DNA of 64,000 nucleotides from the NCBI RefSeq assembly GCF_009914755.1, contig NC_060935.1; one strand, given 5' to 3'. The DNA is from the human T2T-CHM13v2.0 reference genome, Homo sapiens. Shown piece after piece: positions 1 to 14,642 of the stretch. A program made the position numbers and the translations under genes. How positions within the stretch are numbered: the first letter of the stretch is position 1; each line of letters starts with the position of its first letter. The notes beneath the pieces are model-generated. The model was not told the origin of the DNA. It did not search any database and was given only the letters and a program-made list of their open reading frames with translations.

Positions 1-245
1 CAGATTAATCACTATTAGCCTCACTTAAAAGTAGGACAACCAGAAACCATTATGTGCTCATGATGTAATACAATAGGAAATACAAAGCACCAGCTATGAA
101 GTTTTATTGTTTAACAACTGAAGTAGAATTTAGTCAAGTCTGAACCTAAATGCTAGTAAGTTTTTTATTCAATTGTTGTATTTTTCACTACTAAAATTTC
201 ATTTGGTTCTTCTTCATATCTTCTATTTCTATGCTGAAATGTCCC

Positions 246-894
<649 letters not shown>

Positions 895-1129
895 CCCGCC
901 TTTTTTAAATTTTGTTTCAAGTGTGTTCATAATTACTCACTGAAGCATTTTTTACCATGGCTGCTTTAAAGTTCTTGTCATATAATTCCAACACTTGTGT
1001 CATCTCAATATTGGTGTCTGTTACTGACTTTTCTCAATCAAGTTGAGATTTCCCTGGTTTTTGGTATGATAAGTGATTTTCTGTAGTACACATTATTGTT
1101 TAGAATAACATGAGATTAAAATGGACATG

Positions 1130-1702
<573 letters not shown>

Positions 1703-1705
1703 AGT

Positions 1706-1940
1706 AACAATAACAAAAGCTAATACTTAAATAGCATGATGTGTCAGGCACTATAATGAGTATCTTATACATATTAACTCATTTAATACTTACAACAACT
1801 CTATGAAGTAGGCACTACAATTATCTGAATTTTACAAATGAGGAAACTGAGGTTAAGTAATTTGCCTGCAGTCACACAACTAGTAAATGGTAAAGCTAGA
1901 ATATGAATCCAAACCGTCTGCCTCCAAAGTCCATGCTGTT
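1706..1940 (-). mobile_element. MIR SINE
   Basis: MIR core ttttacaaatgaggaaactgagg...gtcacacaactagtaaatgg. Confidence 0.85.
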
Positions 1941-2776
1941 GAAATCAGTATGCCATCATGCCCCCAGTAATGTATTACTGTAGCTTTATTTGTGTAAACA
2001 TGTCATTGTTTTCCTATACAGGGAAATTTTAGGGTGAATCTTGTCATTTTAGTCATCATCATAGGTATTATAAAAGATTACTTTGTTGCCACTAACTAAA
2101 GAAAAAAGCCAGTAGTAGGCATATTTTTAGAAAAACAAAAGGCTCAAGAAGATAGGCAATTTTACGTGAATTTGGCAGAGCGACCTAACCTAACAAGATG
2201 TGTTCTTTCCTACATGTGTCTAGTGCTCAACGAATGCTTGTTGAATGAATGAACACACACACATATGCATGTCTCTAAAGAATGAACGATAAACAGGATG
2301 TCAGCTACTTTTTTAAAATGTCAAAAAGGGAAAGAATATGGAGCTATGATCTTCTAACAGGAGGACTTCCTAAAAGTCAAGGGTCCGGAACTCGCTTGTC
2401 TCAGATGATAATTACAGGCCAATGAACCACTGCTATCTGGCCAATTAACCTTTCTGACAAAAGAAGGATGTCTAAAAATAAGAGAAATGTTTTCAAATAT
2501 TACTGATAATATAAACTGGGTTTTGTAAATTTAAGATTTGTCCAGAATCTCTTTGTCCCTTGATATGTAACCTATCCAAGAAGTATCAGCTCCAGCCAGA
2601 AGGATTTTACTATTACACAACCTGTAAAGTTTACAGAAGAGGTATTCTGAAGGAGAAAAAAAAACAATAATGACTTTCTGAAAAAACAAAATTGTAGATA
2701 ACTTTGTTAAAAAACAAAAATTTAAAACGAAGTAAAAATTAAGATTCTCACCTAGCCCATTATCATAGAGACTTAC

Positions 2777-3070
2777 ATTGCTATCAAGCCCGTTTCTCTA
2801 GGGGCTTAAAGGCAATCTCTGACACGGTGCTGCATCTCAAAATGTTCCCTCAGTGAGGTGATGAATCTCTCTTGCCCTGGTCTGATGAGGCCATGAGTGA
2901 TCGTTTAAGAATCAGTGTATCAGTGAACAAGGCAAGGGAGCAAGCCAGCTGGCCAATACGAAGATGAAATACTTGACCTAGCGACACCACCAAAGTCTCA
3001 GCAAAAACAGGCTATGTCCTACAAACAGGTAGGAATCTGTTCACTTTTGATCTGAAACAATGGAGCACCC
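2777..3070 (-). other. Candidate non-coding/uORF leader exon of the minus-strand gene (alternative donor extends it to 2752)
   Basis: Acceptor tttactcttatttattggtgttggtattttag|G at 3071/3070; donors AAT|GTAAGT (2777/2776) and TAG|GTGAGA (2752/2751); unique sequence with retained CpGs. Confidence 0.45.
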
Positions 3071-3702
3071 CTAAAATACCAACACCAATAAATAAGAGTA
3101 AACAACCCAATAGTTTCGGATTGCAGCAGGATAGCAAAAGATTCGAAGAATCTACCTGAAATTGCTTCTTCATCATAAAGAATGCCCCTTAGCAACTGAT
3201 GCAATAATTACTTGGCATTAAGATAGACATATGATTTATTTGGCATTTAACTATCATGAATATACATAAAGGAACTCAGTGAGGTTACATTACACCCTTA
3301 ATAGCTAACTCATAACTGTAGTACGTAAATAGGAGCTAATGTAAATGCTAAGCTTCTATAGATAAATAAATAATATTTGATGTATCACCCTTCAGTGAGC
3401 CGCAAACTGAAAGAAAGATTATATGATCAATTTAGGCCTGAAATCCTTAGCGCACTGTTGGTGGGAATATAGACTGGTACAGCCATTATGGAAAACAGTA
3501 TGGAGGTTCCCGAAAAAATTAAAAATAGAACTATCATACAACCCAGCAATCCCTCTTCTGGGTGTATACCCAAAAGAGAAGACCTTTTGCTCACCTCATA
3601 AATATATATGCACTCCCATGTTGATTACCGCATTATTCACAATAGCCAAGATATGAAAAAACCTAAATGTCTGTCAGTGAATGACTGGATAAAGAAACTG
3701 TT

Positions 3703-4008
3703 GGCCAGGTGTGGTAGCTCATGCCTGGAATCTCAGTGGTTTGAGAAGCCAAGGTGGGAGGATCGTTTGAGGCTAGAAGTTTGAGACCAGGCAAACAACA
3801 TAGTGATAACCCATCTCTACAAAAAAAAAAAAAATGTAATTATCCAGGTATGGCGGGGTGTACTTGTAGTTCTAGTTTCTTGGGAGGCTGAGGTGGGAGG
3901 ATCCCCTAAGTCCAGGAGTTTGAATGAGCTATGATCATACCACTGCACTCTAGCCTGGGTGACAGAGCAAGACCCAGTCTTTAAAAAAAAGACAAATAAA
4001 ATTTTAAA
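3703..4008 (+). mobile_element. AluJ
   Basis: Dimer with degenerate TSD aaagaaac(t/a)gt. Confidence 0.85.
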
Positions 4009-4468
4009 AAGAAACAGTGGTGTGTATACACACACGCATATACACACAGGAATATTATTCAACCTTAAAAAGGAAGTAGATCCTGCCATTTGCTACAAAA
4101 CAAACCTAGCAGATATTATGCTAAGTGAAAAAAGACAGACACAGAAAGAAAAACATCACAGGCTCTCACTTATACATGGAATATTTAAAAAGAAAAGAGT
4201 TCAAATACACAGAGCACAAAACAGTAGCTACCATGGATGGGCAGGGGGCGGGAGAGGAAACAAAGAGATGCAGATCAAAGGATACAAAATACCAGATATG
4301 TAGGGTGAACAAGTTAGAGATAATACACAACATGAGGACTAAAGTTAATCAAATTGTATTATATTAGACATTTTAGTTAAATAACTAAATTTTGGTTGCT
4401 CTTGTCATGAAAAAGTAATTATGTGAGATGAGATATGTGAATCGGCTTCATTATACTACCCATCTTAC

Positions 4469-4470
4469 TA

Positions 4471-4511
<41 letters not shown>

Positions 4512-4514
4512 CTC
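4469..4514. repeat. (TC)n(TA)n compound microsatellite
   Basis: Direct reading. Confidence 0.95.
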
Positions 4515-5912
4515 ATAACATTATGCTGTAAACCTCAAATATACATAACACATTTTTTTAAATTTAGGTTTGAAACAACATTTTACAATGGAAAATAGAT
4601 GAAGCAATTAAGGACCTCTAAAGAATTCAGTTCAGATGTTATGCCTTTAAAATATAAATTGAATTAAATTATATCATTACTTGAGAAATGTGTATATTTC
4701 AATGAACATATTATTTAAAAACTGACCTAATTTACTAATAAAAGAACAAGAGGCTTTTCATCTCTCCTTTTCCAAAGAGGTTTTTTAAAAAATAGTTCTC
4801 AGTTTCGTGATTCAGTACTATAATACAGTTTTACAGTTTTACATTTCCTGCTTTATCTGTTGAAGCAAGATAACTCAGTAGCTATTGTCCAGGTAGACTT
4901 TCATTTCACCCAGACCACGGTTTTATACAAAGTAAATTTTCTAACTTCAGAGAACTTAACAACCACTCCTAATCAGAAACTCTTTAGGCAATGCCAAGAA
5001 AAATATCCAATGAAAGAAATTCTGTTTAAGTACAGTATGAACAACTCCTTACTAAATAGCTTTTCCCCCAACTCCAGTGCATAAAGTATGTTCCATACAT
5101 ATCTTTATATCACTATATATTTTGAAATTTAAAACTTTGATATAGTCCTAAATTCGTTGCTATTTTACTTTCCATTTGTTCAAATGTTTCACAACTTCTG
5201 TCTGTGGTACTACAAGCCCCTTCAAAAGACTTAAATTGTATTAAAATACTACTTTCAATTTAAAGAGCAAAATATCTGAAAAATTAAGGTCACAGTGTTA
5301 GAGAGTCTAATGGAGTATGGATTTCTGCTTGAAGTACTTCAACCAGAAACCTCAGCAATCTTAAATCTGTCTCTCCTGGATATAATAAGTTTTAAAGCTT
5401 TGAATGAATTTTCAGACTATGTTTCACATCTCTCATAACTTCAGAAGAAGATGCAGCAGAGAAGCAAAGAGAACAGTCTCTATAATAATGGAATTTTTAT
5501 GCAGTACCAATAAGCTACAGAGCCTTTAAAACAAAAGATGAATAGGATCATTTTTAAAGGAGGAAAAATAAGCGTTAGAAGGTTTCTTTGTAAGAATTTG
5601 CTCATAGGTACAAAGTACTTTTCAAAAGATCAAGAAATAGTAGGTTCTTTGATTCAGGATGTCATAAATGTTACAGAATCACGATTAAATCAACTATTAG
5701 TTTTAAAATATAAGGGTTTTATTTCAATATTTCTACGATAAATGTGGCTAGTTCCACATGTCATTACGAAACCTAAGTCAATTTTCAGATAGGGCACTGA
5801 CCAGGAAATACTGACAGACAAAAATCACATGGAACATGTACAAATCTGAAATAGGGAAACAACACAAAATACATTTCAAAAAAATTGCTTTTAAAATGTT
5901 TGTCATCTAAAA

Positions 5913-6123
5913 CAGTGGTTCTCAACGGAAGTGATTTTGCCTCCCGGGGGATGGCTGGCAATGTCTGGGAACATCTTTCGTTGTCACAACTAGGGGAGTG
6001 CTACTGGTATCTAGAGGGTAAGAAACCAAGGATGCTGCAAAACATCCAAAATGCATATGGCTGCACCACAAGAAAGAATTACCCACTCCAAAATGTCAAT
6101 AGGGCCAACGCTGAGAAATACTG
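5913..6123 (+). mobile_element. MER20 (hAT-Charlie DNA transposon)
   Basis: Termini cagtggttctcaac...tgagaaatactg; 8-bp TSD atctaaaa/acctaaaa. Confidence 0.9.
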
Positions 6124-6227
6124 ACCTAAAAGAATGCCAAGCACGTGATCAAATATGCTTGGATGATGCAAAAATACTTGCTGAATGAATTAATGAATTT
6201 TAATAAATGAAAAGATTTAGTTTGCAC

Positions 6228-6512
6228 TTTTTTTTTAAGACACTCTGTCACCCAGGCTGGAGTGCAGTGGCACGATCTCGGCTGCAACCTCTGCCTCCCC
6301 AGGCTCAAGAGATCCTCCCCACTTAGTCTCCTGAGTAGCTGAGACTACAGGTACACACCACCACACCCAGCTAATTTTTGTATTTTTTTGTAGAAACGGG
6401 GTTTCGCCATGTTGCCCAGGCTGGTCTTGAACTCCTGGGCTCAAGCAATCCACACGCCTCAGCCTCCCAAAGTGCTGGGACTACAGACATGAGCCACTGC
6501 ACCCGGCCTGGT
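6228..6512 (-). mobile_element. AluJb
   Basis: Full antisense dimer. Confidence 0.9.
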
Positions 6513-6925
6513 TTTCACTTTTTATAGCTTCTTATTATCTCCATCAGTTTGATGCCGCCCAATGCAGACTCTGTTTTGTTCTCCAAATATGTATCTACTC
6601 ATTCATTAGATTCCCCTAGGGTGACAAATATGACCAAAGAGATGAAAAATCACATGTCCATTAAGGATCTTGCCCTATGATATGGTTTTCCAAGGAATCT
6701 AAAAGAGGGACGCATATTCACCATTTAATTGTCACTTAAATCAGCAGGTGAAAACATTTCAAATGTCTTCAGTGATTAAGAGCTCAAAAATATATTTTTA
6801 ACTATGGGAATTAAAACATTATTATTTTATTTGGCCACATTTGTTGATAAACCAACGTATTTCAAATTTACAAGTCAAAACCAAATAAGTAAAATTTAAA
6901 TACTCTTTAGAAAATACTCATTGTG

Positions 6926-7400
6926 GTTCTGTAATTTGTAACAACATGGATGGAACTGGAGATTATGATGTTAAGTGAAATAAACCAGGCACAGAAAGAC
7001 AAACATCACAGGTTCTCATTTATCTGTGGTATCTAAAAATCAAAACAACTGAACTCATAGATGTAGAAAGTAGAAGGATGGCTACCAGAGGGTGGGAAGG
7101 GTTGTTGGTGGTAGGGGGAAGATGGGACTGGTTAATGGGTACATTAAAAAAATGGAAGAATGAATAAGACCTACTATTTGATAGCACAACAGGGTGACTA
7201 TAGTCAATAATAACTTAATTGTACATTTTAAAATAACTAAAAGTATAATTAGATTATCTGTAATACAAAGGATAAATACTTAAGGGGATGGATACCCCAT
7301 TCTCCATGACATATTACACATTGCATGCATGTATCAAAATATCGCATGGACCCCATAAATGTATACCTACTATGTACTCACAAAAATTAAAAATATAAAA
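6926..7400 (+). mobile_element. 5'-truncated L1MA 3' end
   Basis: L1 3'UTR; 16-bp TSD gaaaa(t/c)actcattgtg at 6910-6925 and 7401-7416. Confidence 0.9.
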
Positions 7401-7514
7401 GAAAACACTCATTGTGTGAGAAATGCAACTAGAAAAGGTTAAAATGCCCATGTGATTTTTTAAATAGTAATTCACAATTGCCAGTTCAAAATAATACTAA
7501 ATGATTTTTTTCCA

Positions 7515-7743
7515 TTTTTTTATTATACTTTAAGTTCTGGGATATATGTGCAGAATGTGCAGGTTTGTTACATAGGTATACATGTGCCATGGTGGTTTGC
7601 TGCACCCATCAACCCGTCAACTACATTAGGTATTTCTCCTAATGCTATCCCTCCCATAGCCCCCCATCCCCCGACAGGCACGGGTGTGTGATGTTCCCCT
7701 TCCTGTGTCCATGTGTTCTCATTGTTCAACTCCCACTTATAAG
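7515..7743 (-). mobile_element. L1PA (PA7-like) 3' end
   Basis: tattatactttaagttctgggata...cattgttcaactcccactt. Confidence 0.9.
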
Positions 7744-7796
7744 ACTCTGGCATTCCCAATTTAATCTAATATGAAAACTATCCCGAGTGGAAATTT

Positions 7797-7888
7797 TATA
7801 TATATATATAAAATATGTATATATATGTATATATATATTTATAAAATTATATATATAATTATATATATGTAATACATGTATATATATT
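7797..7888. repeat. Degenerate (TA)n low-complexity tract
   Basis: Direct reading. Confidence 0.85.
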
Positions 7889-8730
7889 CCATATTTATCC
7901 TTAACTGTCATGTAGCTACAGATTGATTTTATTAACAAATACTTAGAAGAATAATGATTGTTTCTCTAAAGAAAATTATGAGTAAATTTTATTTTTTCTT
8001 TATAGCTTTTTAAATTTTTCAACTGTTTTACTATCTACATAATAATTTTGTAAGGAAAGTGAACTATATATTCAAAGAAATAGAGCCTCGGATAATTGAC
8101 ATATACTCATTGTTTTCTATAGAACCATATATTATTCCAGGGTTAAAATTTAAGAACAATAGTTAATCATAAAGATATGAAATTCCCAAACTATTTCCCT
8201 TTAAAGAACCTACCATTTATGCATGGGGGAAAACAATATAACTAAAAGAGACTTATTTTTAAAATGCTTCTAGCCAAAATCATAATGTTAGATAAATTAC
8301 AAATACTAAGTCAATTATAAATGTTTACACATTATTCTGCTACTGTACTTTTAGTTGTCCTTAGAGACAAATGTTTCTATGAGAAATAAATCACTCCCTC
8401 TTATATTTAAATATTGCCCTGAGATAATGTTATTCCAATAAGAAATATTCTAAAAACTGCATCAGCTAAAACCATGACACGGTCCTGCTTACAGTCATAG
8501 ATTGAAGAGCAATCCAAAAGCTTTTCAAATGTTTATTCAGAGAGAAGTGAAGGGCACAACTTCTGAAAGGGAAATGATTTTTAATAAAATCTTACAAATA
8601 GGAAGCTGCCTACCAGAAGTGTAAGTCCAAATGAACCAATGAATAAGGAAATTCTTTGTGGGATTATTCCAACCTCATCTGAAGCCACATGCACTTGGAA
8701 AACTCAAAACAATCAAAATAAATCCATTAC

Positions 8731-8835
8731 CTAGACATGCTTTCAAATCTATTTCTTTCTACTGGGAATCAACAACCAGTGAGGGTGTTGATTTGTTCTT
8801 TTCATCCTTTTTTACAGCTAAATAAGCATGCAAAC
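8731..8835 (-). other. Candidate 105-nt leader exon
   Basis: Acceptor tcatttctatttttgcctctcttttaaag|G and donor TAG|GTAATG in unique sequence. Confidence 0.45.
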
Positions 8836-10691
8836 CTTTAAAAGAGAGGCAAAAATAGAAATGACAGCACCATTTATGAATCTAAAATAATCTCTGTGAA
8901 TCAGTGTCACTAAATTGGGCAAAACGAAATATAAATATCCCAATCAAGTAGTATCCCCTTGAAGGAAAATACAAATTTAAGATTACTAATGTTACAAAGT
9001 ATTTATATGCATAACAGTCCCCTGAATGCGTTTGTTTAAAGATTACTAAGTACTCTTTAAGGGCAATCTAGCCACCAACAATTAACTTACAAATTAGTTT
9101 AAGAAATTTATATTAAGAGCCTACCATGTGCAAGGGACTGTATTAGGCACAGTGAAAGAAGCAGACTCATCCTTCACAGGCTTTGGTCTCAAGAAACATA
9201 AAGGTCTAGTTAGGAAGGTAAGGTATGCCTAGAAATAACTTCAAAACAAGAAGAGAGATGAATGACCAATACAATCCTGAGCAAAAAGAACAAAGCTAGA
9301 GGTATCACACCTCCTAATTTCAAAATACAGTCATGTGTTGCTTAACAATGGGAATACATTTGAGAACTGTGTCATTGGGTAATTGATCATTGTGCAAACA
9401 TCATAGAGTGCGCTTACACAAACCTAGATGGGCCAACCTACTACACACACAGGCTATGTGGTATAGCCTCTTGTTCCTAGGCTACAAACCTGTATAGCAT
9501 TTTACTGTATTAAATACTGTAGGCAATTGTAACACGATGGTATTTGTGTATCTAAACATAGAAAAGGTATAGTAAAAACACAGATAAAATATTTTTTAAA
9601 TGATACACCTGTATAGGGCACTTACCACGAATGCAGCTTGCAGGACAGGAAGATACTCTGGGTACAACAGTGAGTCAGTAGTGAGTGAATGTGAAGGCAC
9701 AGGTCATTATTGCATACTACTGTACACTGTGCAAATACTTGTACACTTAGGCTACACTAAATTTATTTTTAAAACTTTTTCTTTCTTCAATAATAAACTA
9801 GCTTACTGTAACTTTTTATTGATATATGATAATTGCACATATTTATGGGGTACCTGTGAGATTTTCATACATTCACACAATGTGTAATGATCAAATCAGG
9901 GTAATTAGGCTATCCATTACCTCAAACATTTATCATTTCTTTATGCTGGAAACATTCCAAATTTTGTCTTCTAGCTATTTTGAAATATAAAATAAATTAC
10001 TGTTAACTACAGTCACCCTACTGTGCTATCAAACACTAGAACTTATTCCTTCTTTCTAACTATATTTTTGTACTCACTAACCAACCTCTCTTCATCCCCC
10101 CCACCCTACCCTGCTCAGCTCCTTGGAACCATCAGTCTACTCTCTACTTCCATGGCATTAACTTGTTCATCCCCCACATGAGTGAAATCATGCAATATTT
10201 GTCTTTCTGTGCCTGGCTTATTTAAGATAATGACCTCCAGTTCCACCCAAGTTGCTGCAAATGACAGGATTTCATTGTCATTTATGGCTGAATAATATTC
10301 CGCTGTGTATATTTACCACATTTTCTTTATCCATTCATCCACTGATGGGCACTTAGGTTGATTCCATATCTTGGCTACTGTAAATAGTGCTGCAATAAAC
10401 ATGGGAATGCAGGTATCTCTTTTCTTTTGGATATATATCCAGCAGTGGGATTGCTGGATCATACGGTAGACTATTTTTAGTTTTCTGAGGAACCTCCATA
10501 CTGTTTCCATGATGGATGTACTAATTTAAATTCCTACCAACAGTGCACTGGCTTCTCCCTTTCTCCACATCCTCACTAGCATCTGTTACTTTTCCTTTTG
10601 GAGAATAGCCATTTTAACTGGGGCAAAATATCACATTGTTGTTTTGATTTGCATTTCCCTTATGATTAGCGATAAGAATTTTTTCATATAG

Positions 10692-11021
<330 letters not shown>

Positions 11022-11309
11022 CTGTATGTCTTCTTCTGAGAAGTTATTCAGGTCATTTGCTCATTTTTAAAATCAGATTGTTCATTATTTTGCTATTGAA
11101 TTGTTTGAGTTCCTTATCTATTCTGGTTATGAATTCCTTGTGGATGGAGAGTTTGTAAATATTTTCTTCCATTCTGTAGGTTGTTGCTTCACTCTGTTGT
11201 TTCCTTTGCTGTGCAAAAGCTTTTTAACTTAATGTAATCCCATTTGTCTATTTTCGCTTTTGTTGCCTGTGCTTTTGGGGTCTTATCCAAAAAAATCTTT
11301 GCCCAGACC

Positions 11310-11680
11310 CACATATACACCATGGAATACTATGCAGCCATAAAAAAGGATGAGTTCATGTCCTTTGTAGGGACATAGATGAAGCTGGAAACCATCATTC
11401 TGAGCAAACTATCACAAGGACAGAAAACCAAACACCGCATGTTCTCACTCATAGGTGGGAACTGAACAATGAGAACACTTGGACACTGGATGGGGAACAT
11501 CACACACCGGGGCCTGTTGTGGGGTGGAGGGAGGGGGGAGGGATAGCATTAGGAGATATACCTAATGTAAATGACGAGTTAATGGATGCAGCACACCAAC
11601 ATGGCACGTGTATACATATGTAACAAACCTGCACGTTGTGCACATGTACCCTAGAACTTAAAGTATAATAAAAAAAAAAA
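11310..11680 (+). mobile_element. L1PA4/5-like 3' end inserted into the L1M
   Basis: Perfect TSD aaaaaaatctttgcccagacc (11289-11309 and 11677-11697). Confidence 0.92.
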
Positions 11681-13447
11681 AAATCTTTGCCCAGACCAAT
11701 GTCCTCAAGTATTTCCCCAATGTTTTCCTCTAGCAGTTTCATAGTTTCAAGTCTTACATTTAAATCTTTAATGCATTTATTTTGTTTTTGTATATGGTGA
11801 GAGATAGGGATCTAGTTTCATTCTTCTGCATATGGATATACAGTTTCCCCAGTATCGTGTATTAAAGAGGCTGTCCTTTCCACAGTGTATGTTTCTGGAG
11901 GCTTTGTTGAAAATAAATTGGCTGTAAATGTATGGATTTATTTCTGAGTTCTCTATTCTGTTCCATTGGTCTATGTGTCCATTTTTATGCCAGTACCATG
12001 CTGTTCTGGTTATTATGACTTTGTAATATATTTTGAAGTCAAAAAGTGTGATGCCCTCAACTGTGTTATTTTTGCTCACAATTCTTTTGACTATTCAGAG
12101 TCTTTTGTGGGTCCATACAAATTTTAGAATTTTTCTTCTATTCTGTAAAGAATGTCATTGGTATTTTGAGAGGGATTGCATTGAATCTGTAGATCACTTT
12201 GGGCAGTATGAACACTTCAACAATATTAATTCTCCCAATACATGATCATGGGACATCTTTCCATTTGTTTGTGTCCTCTTTGATTTCTTTCTTCATATTT
12301 TATCATTTGCATTATAAAAAATGGTTAAATTTTTTCCTAGGTGTTTTATTTTTTGGTTAAATTTATCCCTAGGTGTTTTAAATTCTTGTAGCTATTGTAA
12401 ATGGGATTACTTTCTTAATTTCTCAGATTGTTCACTGTTGGTGTATAAAAATACTACTGATTTTTGCATGCTGGTTTTGTATAAAGGATATCCAAATTGG
12501 AAAGGAGAAAGCCAATTTATCCTTTTTCACAGATGACATGATCTTATATTTAGGAAAACCTAAAGACTCCACCAAAAAACTGTTAGAACTGATAAACAAA
12601 TTATTAGCTGTGGTTTGGTCATATATGGTCTTTATTGATTTCAGGTATTCTCCTTCTATACTCAGTTTGTTCAGAGTTTTTATCATGAAGGGATGTTAAA
12701 TTGTATTGAATACTTTTTCAGTATCTATTGAAATGACCATATAATTTTTATTCTTGATTCTGTTAATCAGATGTGTCATATTTATTAATTTACATATGAT
12801 GAACCATCCTTGCATCCCTGGTGTAAATCACACTTGATTGTGCTAAATGATCTTTTCAGTGTGTTGTTGAATTTGGTTTGCTAGTGTTTCGTTGAAGATT
12901 TCTGCATCTATGTTCATTGGGGATATTGGCCTGTAGTTTTCTGTTTTTGTTTTTTTTTTCTTTTTTGTTATGGCTTTGCCTGGTTTTGGTGTGAGAGTGA
13001 TGCTAGCCTTGTAGAACGAGTTTGGAGTATTCCCTCCTCAATTTTCTGAAATAGTTTGAATACAAATGGTATTAGCTTTCCTTTACACATTTGTTAGAAT
13101 TCAGTAGTGAAGACATTGGGTCCTGAGCTTTGTTGGGGAACTTCTGATTGCTGCTTCAATCTCATAACTCACTATTAGTCTGTTCAGGTTTCCTATTTCT
13201 TCATGGTTCAATTCTGATAGGTTATGTATATAGGAATTTATTCATTTCGTCTAAGTTTTTCAATTTGTTGGCATATAGTTGTTCATGAGATTCTATAATG
13301 ATCCTTTGTATTTCTGTGGTTATCAGTTGTAACGTTTTCATCTCTGATTTTATTTATTTGGGTCTTCTCTCTTTTTTCTTAGTCTAGCCAAAGGTTTGTT
13401 GATTTTCATATTTAAAAAAAACCAACTTTTAAATTCATTGATTTTTT

Positions 13448-13776
13448 AAGTCAGCTTATCTTTACTTAAAACAAAAGTCAGTGTTTCTGTAACATGCTTT
13501 CAAATAGATGTCAAATATTAACTTTGTACTTTGTATTTCCATAATTACAAATCTCACTCTGAACAAATCATGGCTCTCAGTGATATATCAGCATCTTCTG
13601 CAAAAGTTTTATATAACTATGTAATTAATGAAGGAACAAACAATTATTGTAACAGTTTTGAAGAAATATTATTTTATGATAGTAATAATTCTTCTTACAA
13701 AAATACTTCTGTTTGAAACTCTACATAATACACAATAAGGTCCCGGAATATGTAATTAATAGCAATAGTTTCAGGG
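13448..13776 (-). other. ~330-bp unrecognised AT-rich insert in L1 ORF2
   Basis: L1 text stops and resumes around duplicated tgat(t/c)tttt. Confidence 0.55.
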
Positions 13777-13857
13777 TGATCTTTTGTAATTTTTTTTAGT
13801 CTCAAATTCATTCATTTCTGCTCTGATCTTTATTATTTCTTTCCTTCTACTAATATA

Positions 13858-13952
13858 TTGGCCAGGCTGGTCTCAAACTCCTGACCTTGTGATCCACCCG
13901 CCTCAGCCTCCCAAAGTGCTAGGATTACAGGCATGAGCCACCACACTCAACC
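13858..13952 (-). mobile_element. AluS left-arm fragment
   Basis: ggccaggctggtctcaaactcctgaccttgtgatcc... Confidence 0.85.
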
Positions 13953-14603
13953 GGGATTTTCTTTTCTATTGCACTGTCCGGCTGCAAATTTTCTGAACTT
14001 TCATGCTTTGCTTCCCTTATAAAACTGAATATCTTTAACAGCACCCAAGTCACCTAAGTGCTTTGCTGCTTAGAAATTTCTTCCACCAGATACCCTAAAT
14101 CATCTCTCTCAAGTTCAAAGTTCCACAAATCTCTAGGGCAGGTGAAAAATGCCACTGGCTCTTTTCTAAAACATAACAAGAGGCATCTTTGCTCCAGTTC
14201 CCAACAAGTTCCTCATTTCCATCTGAGACCACCTCAGCCTGGGCTTTGTTGTCCATATCACCTTCAGCATTTTGGGCAAAGAATTTTGGGCAAAATTTCT
14301 CTAGGAAATTCCAAACTTTCCCACATTTCCTGTCTTCTTCTGAGCCCTCCAAACTGTTGCAACCCCTGCCTATTACCCGGTTCCAAAGTCACTTCCACAT
14401 TTTCAGGTATCTATGGCAGCAACACAATCTACTGGTACCAATTTACAGTGTAAGTGTTCACACTGCTGGTAAAGACATACCCAAGACTGGAAGAAAAAGA
14501 GGTTTAATGGACTCACAGCTCCACATGGCTAGGGAGGCCTCACAATCATGACAGAAGGCAAGGAAGGGCAAGTCATATTTTACATGGATGGCAGCAGGCA
14601 AAA
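13953..14603 (-). mobile_element. THE1 (MaLR) fragment: start of internal region plus partial THE1B-like LTR
   Basis: ccaccagataccctaaatcatctctctcaagttcaaag (THE1-int); aaagacatacccaagactgg...tcacaatcatg (LTR). Confidence 0.85.
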
Positions 14604-14642
14604 CGACTCCCTGAAATTATTTAAGTCAGTTATTCTGAATAA

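Larger units (their letters stand above)
3452..4560 (+). mobile_element. L1MA-type ORF2 end/3'UTR, interrupted by AluJ
   Basis: ORF2 C-terminal similarity ([18 protein letters not shown]...[14 protein letters not shown]). Confidence 0.85.

Noticed and set aside
8767-8793. IRE-like hairpin with CAGTGA loop
   Set aside because: The upper 5-bp stem does not pair and it is antisense to the inferred transcript.
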